Source: an uncultured Actinomycetes bacterium
GTDB lineage: Bacteria; Actinomycetota; Actinomycetes; Streptosporangiales; Streptosporangiaceae
Direction: 5' to 3'
DNA: 64,000 nucleotides
Assembly: GCA_963819785.1 (NCBI GenBank)
Contig: CAWFXW010000024.1
Location: forward strand, 87,559 to 151,558
In this document: in pieces, positions 20,118-30,998 of the stretch
Position numbering within the stretch: the first letter of the stretch is position 1
Layout: every line of letters starts with the position of its first letter
The notes under the pieces: generated by a model
Database searches by the model: none
Told to the model about the DNA's origin: nothing
Seen by the model: only the letters and a program-made list of their open reading frames with translations
Program-made: the position numbers and the translations under genes

Positions 20118-21392
20118 ATGACGACGGCGGACAGCAGCATCACCGTACGCCTGTCCCGGCTGCTCAAACGGCCGGTGGCGGACCGGCGCGGCGAGTCGAT
20201 CGGGCGGCTGGCCGATGTCATCGTCCGGCTCCGCGGCACCGACTACCCGCTGGTCACCGGGCTGGTGGCGGCGGTCGGCGGGCGGGAGATCTTCGTGCCC
20301 ATCGATCAGGTCAGCACGTTCGAGGGCGATCCGCTGCGGCTGGCCAGCGCGCGGCTGAGCCTGCGCCACTTCGAGCGCCGCGACGGCGAGGTGCTGCTCC
20401 GGGCCGACGTGCTCGGCCACCGGCTGATCGACGTGGCCGGCGCGCGGCTGGTCCGCGCGGCCGACCTGGAGCTGGCCCCGGACGGCACGGAGTGGGTGCT
20501 GGCCCGGGTGGACACCCGCCCGCGGCGCCCCTTCGGGCGGCCCGCCGCCCAGACCGGGTCCGGCACCCGTGACTGGCACGACTTCGAGGGGCTCATCGGC
20601 CACGCGGGCAGCGCGCTGCTGCGCACCCCGTTCGCGGGGATCCGCAGGCTGAAGCCGGCCCAGATCGCGGACCTGCTCGAGAGCGCGTCCAAGGAGGAGG
20701 AGAGCGAGATCCTGGGGCGGGTGCACGCCGACCCCGAACTCGAGGCGGACGTGTTCGAGGAACTGGACGAGGACCTAGCCGCCCGGCTGCTCGGCGCGCG
20801 GACCGACGAGGAGATCGCCGGCGTGCTGGCCCGGATGCGCGCCGACGACGCGGCCGACGCGGTCGCCGAACTGCCCCAGCCCCGCCGTCAGCCCGTCCTG
20901 GACCTGCTGCCGGCCCCGCAGCGGGCCAAGGTGCTGACCCTGCTGGGCTTCAACAGCACCAGCGCGGGCGGCCTGATGGGGGTGGACTTCATCGCGCTGC
21001 CCGGCATGAGCACCGTCGCCGAAGCGCTGGCCCGGGTCCGCGAGTCCGCCTCGCTCCAGCCTGAGGCACTGACCAGCGTGCACGCCGTCGACCGGGACGG
21101 CGTGCTGCGCGGGGTGACCCGGCTGGTCACCCTGATCCAGGCCGACCCGGCCGACCGCGTGATCGACGTGGCCGACACCGACCCGGTGCGGGTCGGCGCG
21201 GACACCGACATCACCGACGTGGCCGTGCTGATGACCGACTACAACCTGATCACCATCCCGGTGGTCGACGACGCGCGCCGGCTACTCGGCGTGATCACCG
21301 TGGACGACGTCCTGGAGGTCGCCGTGCCCGGGGACTGGCGCCGCCGCGAGGCCGCCCAGCCCCCCGACCCGCACCACGGCGACCCCCGGTAA
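20118..21392 (+). CDS. PRC-barrel / MgtE-N / tandem-CBS domain protein (no membrane domain)
   Basis: MgtE_N-like helical region (AQIADLLESASKEEESEIL...ADDAADAVAELP) followed by a CBS pair (GLMGVDFIAL..., ITIPVVDDARRLLGVITVDDVLE). There is no TM segment. Confidence 0.8.
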   Translation: MTTADSSITVRLSRLLKRPVADRRGESIGRLADVIVRLRGTDYPLVTGLVAAVGGREIFVPIDQVSTFEGDPLRLASARLSLRHFERRDGEVLLRADVLGHRLIDVAGARLVRAADLELAPDGTEWVLARVDTRPRRPFGRPAAQTGSGTRDWHDFEGLIGHAGSALLRTPFAGIRRLKPAQIADLLESASKEEESEILGRVHADPELEADVFEELDEDLAARLLGARTDEEIAGVLARMRADDAADAVAELPQPRRQPVLDLLPAPQRAKVLTLLGFNSTSAGGLMGVDFIALPGMSTVAEALARVRESASLQPEALTSVHAVDRDGVLRGVTRLVTLIQADPADRVIDVADTDPVRVGADTDITDVAVLMTDYNLITIPVVDDARRLLGVITVDDVLEVAVPGDWRRREAAQPPDPHHGDPR

Positions 21393-21517
21393 GCGCACGC
21401 GGAGCGAGCCCGCCAACCCCCCCGCTCGTTTACTCAAAGTCCTCATATGATCACTCGACGTAGGCTAGTCTCACGCTTCGAAACTGGAAAATTTCGGAGC
21501 GTTAGAAGGGTCTCTCC

Positions 21518-22270
21518 ATGTTCGATCGTCGCTGGCCTCGTCCGATTCGGCGCGGCCCCGCGCTGGCCACCTCCGCCTCCGTGCTGGCCCTGGTCGGCGC
21601 CGCGGCCGTCAGCGGTTGTGGCGGATCCGCGAGCCAGAGCCAGTCTGCCGCCACCCAGCCGACCGGGACGGCCGCCGCCGCCGCGCAGATTTCTTTCACC
21701 TCGGACCAGCTGAAGTCCGCGTTGCTGGCCAAGGTCAACGGCGTGAAGCCGGCCTCCGCCGCCGAGTCTGGTGATTACGGAACGTTGCCGGACGTGCGGT
21801 CGAGCAAGCAGACCATGAACGGGGTGAAGGTCAACCCGGCCAGGTGCGCCCAGGCCACCCAGACCGGGTTCAACTCGGCCGCGTTCACGCACGCGCCCGC
21901 GTCGGTGGTGACGTTCCGGGTCGGCCAGGATGGCGTGTCCGAGGTACTGGTCTCCACCACCCCGGCCTCGGCCGCCACCGCCCTGGGCAACACGCTGCCG
22001 GCCGGCTGCGACCACTACAGCGCCACCGTGGACGGCAAGACGTTCCGCTACACAGTGAAGGAGTCCCCGTTGTCCGGCCTGGCCCAGAAGGCGCGCGCGC
22101 TGAACGTCAAGGCGGCGGGTTACACCAGGGTGGACGTGTGGTCGGTGGTCTACCAGGGCGCCGGGTTCGTCGGCGCGGTCACCATGGTCGGCCCCGACTC
22201 CTCCGAGGCGGGCGTGAAGGCCCTGGCCAAGGAGGCCTACGCGCACGCCGCGGCGACCCTGCACCAGTAA
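21518..22270 (+). CDS. Secreted lipoprotein, function unknown
   Basis: Signal peptide with a lipobox (LVGAAAVSGC) and an AT-richer promoter region upstream. Confidence 0.7.
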   Translation: MFDRRWPRPIRRGPALATSASVLALVGAAAVSGCGGSASQSQSAATQPTGTAAAAAQISFTSDQLKSALLAKVNGVKPASAAESGDYGTLPDVRSSKQTMNGVKVNPARCAQATQTGFNSAAFTHAPASVVTFRVGQDGVSEVLVSTTPASAATALGNTLPAGCDHYSATVDGKTFRYTVKESPLSGLAQKARALNVKAAGYTRVDVWSVVYQGAGFVGAVTMVGPDSSEAGVKALAKEAYAHAAATLHQ

Positions 22271-22303
22271 TCAGGACCCGCCGGGTAGTGCCAGACTGGT
22301 GGC

Positions 22304-23402
22304 ATGACTGAGCCCACCGCTGGCGCGTCGCCACGTTTCCGTTCGGTGCTCGACGGCTTCCCCGCCTACCAGCCGGGCCGGACCCCGGTCAGCACGGCGG
22401 GCAAGTCGCACAAGCTGTCGTCCAACGAATCCCCGTACGCGCCGCTCCCCTCGGTGGTCGAGGTGATCGCCGAGGAGGCGCGGTCGGTTAACCGGTACCC
22501 GGACAACGGCGCGGCGGCGCTGCGCGAGGCGATCGGGGAACGGTTCAGCGTCCCCGTGCCGCACGTCGTGGTCGGGTGCGGCTCGGTCGGCGTCACGCAG
22601 CAGCTCCTCGAGGCGATCGGCGAGCCCGGCGCCGAGGTCGTGTACGCGTGGCGCTCATTCGAGGCGTACCCGACCCTGGCCGACCTGGCCGCGGCCGAAT
22701 CGGTACGGGTGCCGCTCGACGGCGAGACCCACGACCTGGCCGCGATGGCCGACGCGATCACCCCGCGCACCCGGCTGATCTTCGTCTGCAACCCGAACAA
22801 CCCGACCGGCACCGTGGTGCGCGGCCCGGAACTGGAACAGTTCCTCGACCGCGTGCCAGCGGACTGCCTGGTCGTGCTCGACGAGGCCTACCACGAGTAC
22901 ATCAGGGACTCCGAAGTCCCCGACGGCGTGACCCTGTACCGGGACCGGCCGAACGTCGCCGTCCTGCGCACCTTCTCCAAGGCCTACGGCCTGGCCGGGC
23001 TGCGCACCGGGTTCATGATCGCGCACGAGCCGGTGGCGGCCGCGGCCCGGGCCACCATGCTGCCGTTCACGGTCAACCGGCTGGCCCAGGCCGCCGCGAT
23101 CGCCTCCCTGGCCGCCGAGGCCGAGCTCCTGGAACGGGTCGAGCTCACGGTGAAGGAGCGGACCCGGGTGCACGAGGCGCTGCTGGCCGACGGCTGGGCC
23201 GTCCCGCCCAGCGAGGCCAACTTCGTCTGGCTCCGGCTCGGCGAGCACACCCCGGCCTTCGCCGCCGCCTGCGCGGCGACCGGCATCGCGGTCCGCCCGT
23301 TCGGCGCCGAGGGGGCCAGGATCAGCATCGGCGACGCCGAGGCCAACGACGCGCTCCTGGACGTCGCGCACGCGTTCCCGCACCGGAACACCGCGGGGTT
23401 AG
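22304..23402 (+). CDS. Histidinol-phosphate/aromatic aminotransferase (class II, HisC-like); no in-frame stop at the expected end
   Basis: NPNNPTG and [13 protein letters not shown] (PLP lysine) motifs. Homology ends near ...[10 protein letters not shown] (about 23390), but the ORF runs on to 24691 antisense to murA. Confidence 0.8.
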
Positions 23403-23407
23403 CGGCC

Positions 23408-24682
23408 TCAGCCCTCGGCGGTGATGTCCGCCCCGAGGGCGCTGAACCGCTGCGCGATCGCCGCGTGCCCCCGGTCGATCGGGTAGGCCGGGGTCACGAC
23501 CGTCTCACCGGAGGCGGCCAGCCCGGCCAGTACCAGGGCGATCCCGGTGCGCAGGTCGTGCGCCACCACCCGGCTCCCGGTGAAGTCGCAGGGCCCGTGC
23601 ACCACCACCCGGGTGCCGTCGAACTCGATCTTCGCGCCCATCTTGTTCAGCTCGCCGACCAGCGTGTACCGCCCGTCGAAGATCGTCTCGCGGATGTAGG
23701 ACGCGCCCTCGGCCAGGCAGGCCAGGGCCATGATCGGCGACTGCAGGTCGGTGGCGAAGCCCGGGTAGGGGCCGGTGATCACGTTGATCGGGCGCGGCGG
23801 CCGGTTCATCCGCACGGTCAGCACCGCGCCGTGGGTGGAGAACTCCACCCCCATCTGCTCCAGCTTCCAGCGCACCACGCCGAAGTGCTCGAGGGAGGCG
23901 CCGACCAGGTTCAGCTCGCCGCCGGTGATGGCCGCCGCCATGGCGAACACCCCGGCGTCGATCCGGTCGGCCATCACCGTGTGCTCCACCGCGGTGAGCT
24001 CATCGACCCCGTCCACGGTGATGAAGCCGGTGCCGCCGCCCTTGATCTGCGCGCCCATCTTGGTCAGGAACGCGATGACGTCGAGCACCTCGGGCTCTTG
24101 CGCGGTGTTGTCGATGACGGTCCGCCCCGGGGCCAGCGACGCCGCCATGATCAGGTTCTCGGTCCCGGTGTGCGACGGCGTGTCCAGGTACAGGTGCGCG
24201 CCCTGCAGCTTGCCCGCCTTGATGTGGATGACGCTCTCGCCCTCATCGACCACCGCGCCGAGCCGGGCGAAGCCACGGTAGTGGAAGTCCAGGTTGCGGC
24301 TGCCCAGGTTGCAGCCGCCGACGCCCTCGATGACCGCCTCGCCGAAGCGGTGCAGCAGGGCCGGCACGAACAGCACCGAGCTGCGGAACCGCCGGGCGAT
24401 CTCGGCCGGCAGCACCGGGCTGGTCAGGTTGGACGCGTCGACGACCAGCGTCCTCTCGATCTCGTGGAACTCGACCAGGGCCCCCACGGCCTGCGCCAGC
24501 TCGACCGCGCGGCGGACGTCCTCGATCGGCGGGACGTTGCGCAGCACGGTGCGGCCGTTCGCGGTCAGCAGCGACGCGGCGATCATCTTCAGCGCGGCGT
24601 TCTTCGCGCCCTGGATGAAGACGGTGCCGTGCAGCGGTCCGCCGCCGCGCACGCGGTAACTCGTCTCGGGTCCGGAAGTCAT
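23408..24682 (-). CDS. murA: UDP-N-acetylglucosamine 1-carboxyvinyltransferase
   Basis: Full-length MurA-like sequence ([44 protein letters not shown]). Confidence 0.93.
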   Translation of the reverse strand: MTSGPETSYRVRGGGPLHGTVFIQGAKNAALKMIAASLLTANGRTVLRNVPPIEDVRRAVELAQAVGALVEFHEIERTLVVDASNLTSPVLPAEIARRFRSSVLFVPALLHRFGEAVIEGVGGCNLGSRNLDFHYRGFARLGAVVDEGESVIHIKAGKLQGAHLYLDTPSHTGTENLIMAASLAPGRTVIDNTAQEPEVLDVIAFLTKMGAQIKGGGTGFITVDGVDELTAVEHTVMADRIDAGVFAMAAAITGGELNLVGASLEHFGVVRWKLEQMGVEFSTHGAVLTVRMNRPPRPINVITGPYPGFATDLQSPIMALACLAEGASYIRETIFDGRYTLVGELNKMGAKIEFDGTRVVVHGPCDFTGSRVVAHDLRTGIALVLAGLAASGETVVTPAYPIDRGHAAIAQRFSALGADITAEG

Positions 24683-24687
24683 GGGCG

Positions 24688-25995
24688 CTAGCTTAGCCGG
24701 GCCAGCCGCTCGAAGACCGGATCCAGGCGCGCCGTGTACCGTTCCGGCCGGAACGCGTCGTCAATGTCGGCTTCGGGCAGGGACAGCCCGCGCGCCGCGG
24801 CCTGCTTGCGCAGCGTCTCGCGGAACGGCGTCCCGTGGTCCCAGGTGTCCATGGCCGCCGCCTGCACCAGCGCGTACCCGTCTTCCCGGCTCAGACCCGC
24901 CTTGACCAGGGCCAGCAGCACCGCCGAGGAGTAGATCAGGCCCCCGGTCAGGTCCAGGTTGGCCCGCATCCGGGCCGCGTCCACGGTCAGCCCCTCGACC
25001 AGCCCGGTGGTCAGGTGCAGCACGTAGTCGGTGGCGATCGACGCGTCCGGCAGCGCGATCCGCTCCACGCTGGAATGCGAGATGTCCCGCTCGTGCCACA
25101 GCGCGATGCCCTCGGTCACCGGGGTCACGTAGCCGCGCACCACCCGGGCCAGCCCGGCGATCCGCTCGGCGCGGACCGGGTTCTTCTTGTGCGGCATGGC
25201 CGAGGAGCCCTTCTGCCCGGCCCGGAACGGCTCGGCCAGCTCCCGCACCTCGGTCCGCTGCCCGTGCCTGACCTCGAGCGCGACCGCCTCGCACACGCTG
25301 GCGGCCAGCGCCAGCGCCCCCACCCACTCGGCCATCCCGTCCCGCATCACGACCTGGGTGGCCACGTCCGCGGCCCGCAGCCCCAGCGCCGCCATGACCT
25401 GCGCCTCGATGGCGGGGTCGATGTTGGAGTAGCTGCCCACCGGCCCGGACAGCGTGCCCACCGCGACCGCCTCCCGCGCCCGGACCAGCCGGTCCCGGCT
25501 GCGCGCCATCGCGAACGCGAAGTCAGCCACCCGGTGCCCCCAGGAGTCCGGCTCGGCGTGCACCCCGTGCGTCCGGCCCGGCCGCAGCGTGTCCCGGTGC
25601 GCGAGCGCGTGCTCGCGCAGCACCGCGACCAGCCGGGTGGCCTTGGCGATGAGCAGGTCCGATGCCTCGGTCAGCTGCACGGCGAGCGCGGTGTCGAGCA
25701 GGTCCGAGGAGGTCATCCCGTAGTGCACCCAGGCCGCGTCCGCCCGCGGCTCGGTGTTGTCCGCCCACGCGGTCAAGAACGCGATGACGTCGTGGTCGGT
25801 GACCGCCTCGACCGCGGCGACCGCCTCGGGAGTCGGGATTTCGGCCGAACGGACCGCCTGCACGCTGCCGGCCGGCACCGTGCCCGCCCGGGCGTGCGCC
25901 TCCAGGACCAGCAGCTCGACCCGCCCCCACAGCTCGTACTTGCGGGCCTCGCTCCAGACCCGCCCCATCTCCGGCAGCGTGTACCGCTCGATCAT
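24688..25995 (-). CDS. purB: Adenylosuccinate lyase
   Basis: Runs from [16 protein letters not shown] through the [11 protein letters not shown] signature. The upstream 350 aa of ORF 24688-27039 overlap ltrA and are not PurB-like. Confidence 0.92.
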   Translation of the reverse strand: MIERYTLPEMGRVWSEARKYELWGRVELLVLEAHARAGTVPAGSVQAVRSAEIPTPEAVAAVEAVTDHDVIAFLTAWADNTEPRADAAWVHYGMTSSDLLDTALAVQLTEASDLLIAKATRLVAVLREHALAHRDTLRPGRTHGVHAEPDSWGHRVADFAFAMARSRDRLVRAREAVAVGTLSGPVGSYSNIDPAIEAQVMAALGLRAADVATQVVMRDGMAEWVGALALAASVCEAVALEVRHGQRTEVRELAEPFRAGQKGSSAMPHKKNPVRAERIAGLARVVRGYVTPVTEGIALWHERDISHSSVERIALPDASIATDYVLHLTTGLVEGLTVDAARMRANLDLTGGLIYSSAVLLALVKAGLSREDGYALVQAAAMDTWDHGTPFRETLRKQAAARGLSLPEADIDDAFRPERYTARLDPVFERLARLS

Positions 25996-27359
25996 GGTTC
26001 CACCGTATCGGCCGCCCGCCTCCCGGCGGCCACCGCGACCCGGCCGGCCCGCTGCTCCGCCACCAGGGTCCCCCGCCGCTCCGCGGCCAGTGATACCGCC
26101 ACGATCGCCACCAGCACCGCCATCTCCGCGGCCACGCTCGCCGTCACGCCGACCGCCGACGCGGCCAGCGCCACCCCCGCCGCCCCTAGCCGCCACACTC
26201 GCACCCCGATCCTGCGGGGGGTGCCAGGGGGGTCGTCCCCCCGTGGCCAGCAGAGCGCCCCCCGGAACGCCGCGCTGCCCGCCAGGAACAGTGCCACCCC
26301 CGACCCCAGCGCCAGGCACGGCCCGGCCGGCGCCGTGGTCCCGGTGTTCACGATGGCCTGCTTGACGCCGGCGGCCAGCGCGACCACGCCGAGCAGCATC
26401 GGGATGTAGGCGAAGAAGTAGGCGGCCAGCGCGAGCGCGGGCCGCGCCTCGGGCTCGGCGGCCAGCATCGCCTCCTCGGCGCGCTCGTCGTCCCCCACCC
26501 CGAAGTACGCCCACCACAGCGCGGCGGCCAGCGCCAGCCCCAGCACGGCGGACAGGGCCAGGGACACGGTCACCGGGTGGCCCTCGGCCCCGATCCCGAT
26601 ATCCACCACCGACTCGCCGAACACCACGATGACCAGCGCCCCGTGCCGCTCCACGAAGTGCGAGGGCGCGATGTCGAAGCGCCCGCGCACCCGCGCGAAC
26701 AGCGGGGAGAGCTGCTCGGCGGCCAGCGCGGCCGCCCACAGCACGTAGGCACCCCACCCCCGTACCACCCCGGCCCCGATGATGAGCAGCGCGGCGGCCA
26801 CGTTGAACGGCACGACCCGGGCGATGTTCCGGTTGACCCGCCAATAAAGCCAGGCATGCATGCACACCACCGTCAGATAACCCAACCCGAAGGCCACCCC
26901 GTCCCGGCCGAACGCGTGCGGGATGGCCAGCCCCATGACCAGGTATCCGGCCATCCCCAGCAGCATCAGCAGCCGCTCCGGCGTCCGTACCGGGGTCCGC
27001 GCGTTGGACAGCCAGACGTACCCCCCGTACATCCACCACAGCGCCCCGAACACCAGCAGCACCCGCACCCCGTCGGCCACCGTCACGTCGTGCGAGAGGA
27101 TCCCGGTCAGCTGCGTGATCGCGAACACGAACACCAGGTCAAAGAACAGCTCCAGCGTGCTGACCCGCAGCGGCAGCCCCGCGCCTCCCGCGCCGTCCCG
27201 CTCCTGCCGCCCGGCCTCCGTGCCCGCGCCGTCCCGCTCCTGCCGCCCGGCCTCCGTGCCCGCGCCGTCCCGCTCCCGCCGTCCGGACTCCGCGCCCGCG
27301 CCTCCAGCCTCGTCCCGCTCCCGGCTCCCCGCCCCCGCCTCCGGCCCGCTCTCGGTCAC
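25992..27359 (-). CDS. Low-temperature-requirement A (LtrA) family membrane protein
   Basis: ELFFDLVFVFAITQL motif, multiple TM segments and an ATGA overlap with purB. Confidence 0.85.
   Translation of the reverse strand: MTESGPEAGAGSRERDEAGGAGAESGRRERDGAGTEAGRQERDGAGTEAGRQERDGAGGAGLPLRVSTLELFFDLVFVFAITQLTGILSHDVTVADGVRVLLVFGALWWMYGGYVWLSNARTPVRTPERLLMLLGMAGYLVMGLAIPHAFGRDGVAFGLGYLTVVCMHAWLYWRVNRNIARVVPFNVAAALLIIGAGVVRGWGAYVLWAAALAAEQLSPLFARVRGRFDIAPSHFVERHGALVIVVFGESVVDIGIGAEGHPVTVSLALSAVLGLALAAALWWAYFGVGDDERAEEAMLAAEPEARPALALAAYFFAYIPMLLGVVALAAGVKQAIVNTGTTAPAGPCLALGSGVALFLAGSAAFRGALCWPRGDDPPGTPRRIGVRVWRLGAAGVALAASAVGVTASVAAEMAVLVAIVAVSLAAERRGTLVAEQRAGRVAVAAGRRAADTVEP
27190..27297. repeat. 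36-bp x3 tandem repeat in the ltrA 5' coding region
   Basis: Read directly. It encodes (ERDGAGTEAGRQ)n in the N-terminal tail. Confidence 0.85.
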
Positions 27360-27368
27360 TACGCCCCG

Positions 27369-28775
27369 CTACCGCCCCGCGGCGATATCCCGCCGGTACC
27401 AGCCGCCGCGCATCCGGACCGTCCCGGCCAGCTCATAAGCCGCCCGCCGCGCCGCCGCCACATCGGCCCCGCTCCCCACCACGTTCAGCACCCGCCCCCC
27501 GGCCGACACCAGTTCCCCCTCCGCGTCCCGCGCCGTCCCCGCGTGCAGCACATACGCGTCCGCGTCCCGGCCCGCTGCCGCGCCCGCCCCACCAGCCTCG
27601 TCCGTCCCCGCAGCCCTCTCCCCAGGGTGATGAAATGCGGGTTTCAGCACGCTAGAGGGTGCTGAAACCGCGGTTTCATTCCGCTGGACGGCGGCCTCCG
27701 CGCCGGTCCCCGGTTGGCTCCCGGCCTTCCCGGCCGCTGCGATGCCGGTCCGTTCGGTGAAAATGATCTTGTCGCCCTTGGCCGGCGCCTCGGGATAGCC
27801 TTCCGCGGCGATCGCCACCACCACTGCCGCGCCTGGCCGCCACTCTGGCCGCGCGACGCCAGCCAACTCCCCGATCGCCGCCGCGTGCAGCAGCGGCCCC
27901 AGCGGGCTCGCGAGCCGGTCCAGCACCACCTGCGTCTCCGGATCCCCGAAGCGCGCGTTGAACTCCACCACCTTGGGCCCGGCCGGGGTCAGCGCCAGCC
28001 CCGCGTACAGCAGCCCGCGGTACGGCGTGCCGAGCCGCGCCATCGCGTCGACGGCCGGGCCGATCACGCGGTCCATCATGTCCTCGGCCAGGCCGGCGGG
28101 CGCCCAGGGGAGCGGCGCGTACGCGCCCATGCCGCCGGTGTTCGGCCCCTGGTCGCCGTCCCGGGCCCGCTTGAAGTCCTGGGCCGGCAGCAGCGGCACC
28201 GCGCTCACGCCGTCGGTCACCGCGAACAGCGACACCTCCGGCCCGACCAGGAACTCCTCGATCACCACCGTGCCGCAGGCCCGCGCGTGCGCCCGCGCGG
28301 CCCGCAGATCCCCGGTGACCAGCACGCCCTTGCCCGCGGCCAGCGCGTCGTCCTTGACCACGTACGGCGGCCCGAACGCGTCCAGCGCGGTGTCCGCCTC
28401 GGCCTCGGTACGGCAGGTGAACGACGCGGCGGTCGGGATACCGGCCTCGGCCATGACCTGCTTGGCGAACGACTTGGAGCCCTCGATCCTGGCCGCGGCC
28501 GCGTCCGGCCCGAAGCAGGCCATCCCGGCCGCGCGCAGCGCGTCTCCCGCCCCTGCGACGAGCGGTGCCTCCGGGCCGATCACCACCAGGTCCGGGCTGA
28601 GCTTGCGGGCCAGCGCGAGGATCTGCTCCGGCACCGGCGCCGTATCCGGGTGGGTTTCCGCCAGGGCCGCGATCCCCGGGTTGCCCGGCGCCGCGTGCAG
28701 GCTGGCGGTCTCCGGGCTCAGCGCGCGGACGATGGCGTGCTCCCGGCCGCCCGACCCGACAACGAGAATGCGCAC
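27369..28775 (-). CDS. purD: Phosphoribosylamine-glycine ligase with a roughly 65-aa internal insertion
   Basis: Runs from MRILVVGSGGREHAI to ...GGRVLNVVGSG. It is 468 aa, against roughly 420 typical. Extra low-complexity sequence sits between GDKIIF and YVLHAGT. Confidence 0.9.
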   Translation of the reverse strand: MRILVVGSGGREHAIVRALSPETASLHAAPGNPGIAALAETHPDTAPVPEQILALARKLSPDLVVIGPEAPLVAGAGDALRAAGMACFGPDAAAARIEGSKSFAKQVMAEAGIPTAASFTCRTEAEADTALDAFGPPYVVKDDALAAGKGVLVTGDLRAARAHARACGTVVIEEFLVGPEVSLFAVTDGVSAVPLLPAQDFKRARDGDQGPNTGGMGAYAPLPWAPAGLAEDMMDRVIGPAVDAMARLGTPYRGLLYAGLALTPAGPKVVEFNARFGDPETQVVLDRLASPLGPLLHAAAIGELAGVARPEWRPGAAVVVAIAAEGYPEAPAKGDKIIFTERTGIAAAGKAGSQPGTGAEAAVQRNETAVSAPSSVLKPAFHHPGERAAGTDEAGGAGAAAGRDADAYVLHAGTARDAEGELVSAGGRVLNVVGSGADVAAARRAAYELAGTVRMRGGWYRRDIAAGR

Positions 28776-28802
28776 GCGGTGAGCTTATCCGGGCCAGTAA
28801 GG

Positions 28803-30095
28803 CTAACGCTGTCGCAGCAGATCGCGGAGCTGGAGGGTCTGGTCGCGGCGCGGGCCCACGCCGACCGCGCAGACCGGCGCGCCGATCATCTCCTCCACGG
28901 CCGCGATGTAGGCCTGCGCGTTCTTGGGCAGGTCGCTCACGGCCTTGGCGGCGGAGATGTCCTCCCACCAGCCGTCGAGGTACTCATAGACCGGCACCGC
29001 GTGGTGGAACTCGGTCTGCGTCATCGGGATCTCGTCGCAGCGCTTGCCGTCCACCTCGTAGGCCACGCACACCGGCACCTGGTCCAGCCCGGACAGCACG
29101 TCCAGCTTGGTCAGGAAGTACCCGGTGATCCCGTTGATCCGGGTCGCGTAGCGCGCGATGACCGCGTCGAACCAGCCGCAGCGCCGCGGCCGGCCGGTGG
29201 TCACGCCGTACTCCGCGCCGCCCTTGCGCAGCCACTCCCCGGTCTCGCCGCGCAGCTCGGTGGGGAACGGGCCCTCGCCGACCCGGGTCGTGTACGCCTT
29301 GACGATGCCGATCACGTCGGAGATCCGGGTCGGCCCGATGCCCGACCCGGCGCAGGCGCCGCCCGCGGTGGGGGAGGAGGAGGTCACGAACGGGTACGTG
29401 CCGTGGTCCACGTCGAGCATGGTGGCCTGCGCGCCCTCCAGCAGCACCACCTTTCCCTGGTCAAGCGCCCGGCCCAGGGCCAGCGCGGTGTCGGCCACGT
29501 AGGGGCGCAGCCGCTCCGCGTACCGCTCGTACTCCGCCGCGCACGCCTCCGGGTCGATCCCGCGCCGGTTGTAGACCTTGCTCAGCACCTGGTTCTTCTC
29601 CCGCAGCACCAGGTCCAGCTTCTGGCGCAAGATGCCCGGGTCGAACAGGTCCTGGACCCGGATCCCCATCCGGGCGATCTTGTCGCCGTAGGCCGGCCCG
29701 ATGCCGCGCCCGGTGGTCCCGATCCGCGCGCTGCCCAGGAACCGTTCTGTCACCTTGTCCAGCGCCCGGTGATACGGCGTGATCAGGTGCGCGTTCGCCG
29801 AGACCAGCAGCTTCCCGCAGTCGACGCCGCGGTCCTGGAGGCCGTCGATCTCATCGAGCAGCACCTGCGGGTCGATCACCACCCCGTTCCCGATCACCGG
29901 GACCACCCGCGGCGACAGCACCCCGGATGGCAGCAGGTGCAGCGCGTAGCTCTCGTCCCCGATGACGACCGTGTGACCGGCGTTGTTCCCGCCCTGGTAC
30001 CGGACCACGTAGTCCACGCGGTCGCCGAGCAGGTCGGTCGCCTTGCCCTTCCCCTCGTCTCCCCACTGAGCACCGACCAGCACGATGGCGGGCAT
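28803..30095 (-). CDS. purA: Adenylosuccinate synthetase
   Basis: [22 protein letters not shown]-loop. ATG 30095 sits behind GGGAGGGG. The ORF track begins 7 codons upstream. Confidence 0.93.
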   Translation of the reverse strand: MPAIVLVGAQWGDEGKGKATDLLGDRVDYVVRYQGGNNAGHTVVIGDESYALHLLPSGVLSPRVVPVIGNGVVIDPQVLLDEIDGLQDRGVDCGKLLVSANAHLITPYHRALDKVTERFLGSARIGTTGRGIGPAYGDKIARMGIRVQDLFDPGILRQKLDLVLREKNQVLSKVYNRRGIDPEACAAEYERYAERLRPYVADTALALGRALDQGKVVLLEGAQATMLDVDHGTYPFVTSSSPTAGGACAGSGIGPTRISDVIGIVKAYTTRVGEGPFPTELRGETGEWLRKGGAEYGVTTGRPRRCGWFDAVIARYATRINGITGYFLTKLDVLSGLDQVPVCVAYEVDGKRCDEIPMTQTEFHHAVPVYEYLDGWWEDISAAKAVSDLPKNAQAYIAAVEEMIGAPVCAVGVGPRRDQTLQLRDLLRQR

Positions 30096-30503
30096 TGCGC
30101 ATCCCCTCCCGCACACACATACGAAGTCCCTGCTCAGCGCGAGCGCGGCAGGGGCTCTTGCGTTCTGAGATTACCCGCAAAGCCCCTGCCTAAGCCATTA
30201 ACCCCCGCCCGGCATGTCCCGGTATGAAGGCACTCCTCCTGCGCAAACGCACCGACGCTCCCCCGCGCCCGCGCGCCGCCGCCGCTTCAGCGGGAGCGAA
30301 GGCGATCATGAATGCCTCCGTGTCGATGACGCATCGACCCTGCAAGAACAGGTACAAGGTCACATCGACCCGGAACCCCGGCCGCTCAGCGGGCCTCGCG
30401 CGGCGGCGATGAGATGCCTGTGGTTCCCTTGGTGCGCGAGCGCGTCGTGGTACGCCAACCTAGGGTTAGCGCGAGGATTCCGGGTTTCGCATCCCCGGCG
30501 CTC

Positions 30504-30532
30504 ATAAAAGCCCGCGGCGTGGCCGCCGCCGC
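30504..30532 (-). terminator. Candidate intrinsic terminator downstream of DUF3151-fba
   Basis: On the minus strand: GCGGCG-gcca-CGCCGC stem-loop followed by GGGCTTTTAT, about 40 nt after the DUF3151 stop. Confidence 0.5.
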
Positions 30533-30572
30533 TTGGCTCAGCAGCCCCGCAGCGTACGTGCCGCCCCTCGGG

Positions 30573-30998
30573 TTACGTGCCGCTGTCGCGCAGGGCGGCC
30601 GCGGCGGCGGCGCTGCTGTCGCGCAGGAACTGGTCGCAGCGCTGCGCCTCGTCGTCCTCGCCGATGGCGCCGGCGGCCCGGCCCAGCATGGACAGCGACC
30701 GCAGGAAGCCCCGGTTCGGCTCGTGCTCCCAGGGAATCGGCCCGGTGCCGTGCCAGCCCGAACGCCGCAGCTGATCCAGCCCCCGGTGGTACCCGGTCCG
30801 CGCGTACGCGTACGCCATGACCGGATCACCGCCGGCGAACGCGGCCTCGGCCAGCGCCGCCCACGCGGCCGAGTAGGCCGGGAACCGGGCCGCCACCGAA
30901 GACGGTGAAGCGCCCGCGCGCAGCGCCGCGGCCGCCTCCTCGTTTTCCAGCAGGTACGTGGCGGGCGGCCCGGCCAGCAGATTATCGCGATCCATCAT
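30573..30998 (-). CDS. DUF3151 domain protein
   Basis: Conserved actinobacterial fba neighbour (YAYARTGYHRGLDQLRRSGWHG...NRGFLRSL). Overlaps the fba stop by 4 nt. Confidence 0.85.
   Translation of the reverse strand: MMDRDNLLAGPPATYLLENEEAAAALRAGASPSSVAARFPAYSAAWAALAEAAFAGGDPVMAYAYARTGYHRGLDQLRRSGWHGTGPIPWEHEPNRGFLRSLSMLGRAAGAIGEDDEAQRCDQFLRDSSAAAAAALRDSGT

Noticed and set aside
25996-27039. The N-terminal 350 aa of the 783-aa ORF 24688-27039.
   Set aside because: PurB homology starts at [11 protein letters not shown] (ATG 25995). The upstream part overlaps the LtrA gene in another frame and is compositional junk.
30214-30507. ORFs of 97 and 62 aa in the purA leader.
   Set aside because: There is no RBS, the composition is Arg/Pro-rich or odd, and the frames are mutually overlapping. 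The region is treated as non-coding leader.
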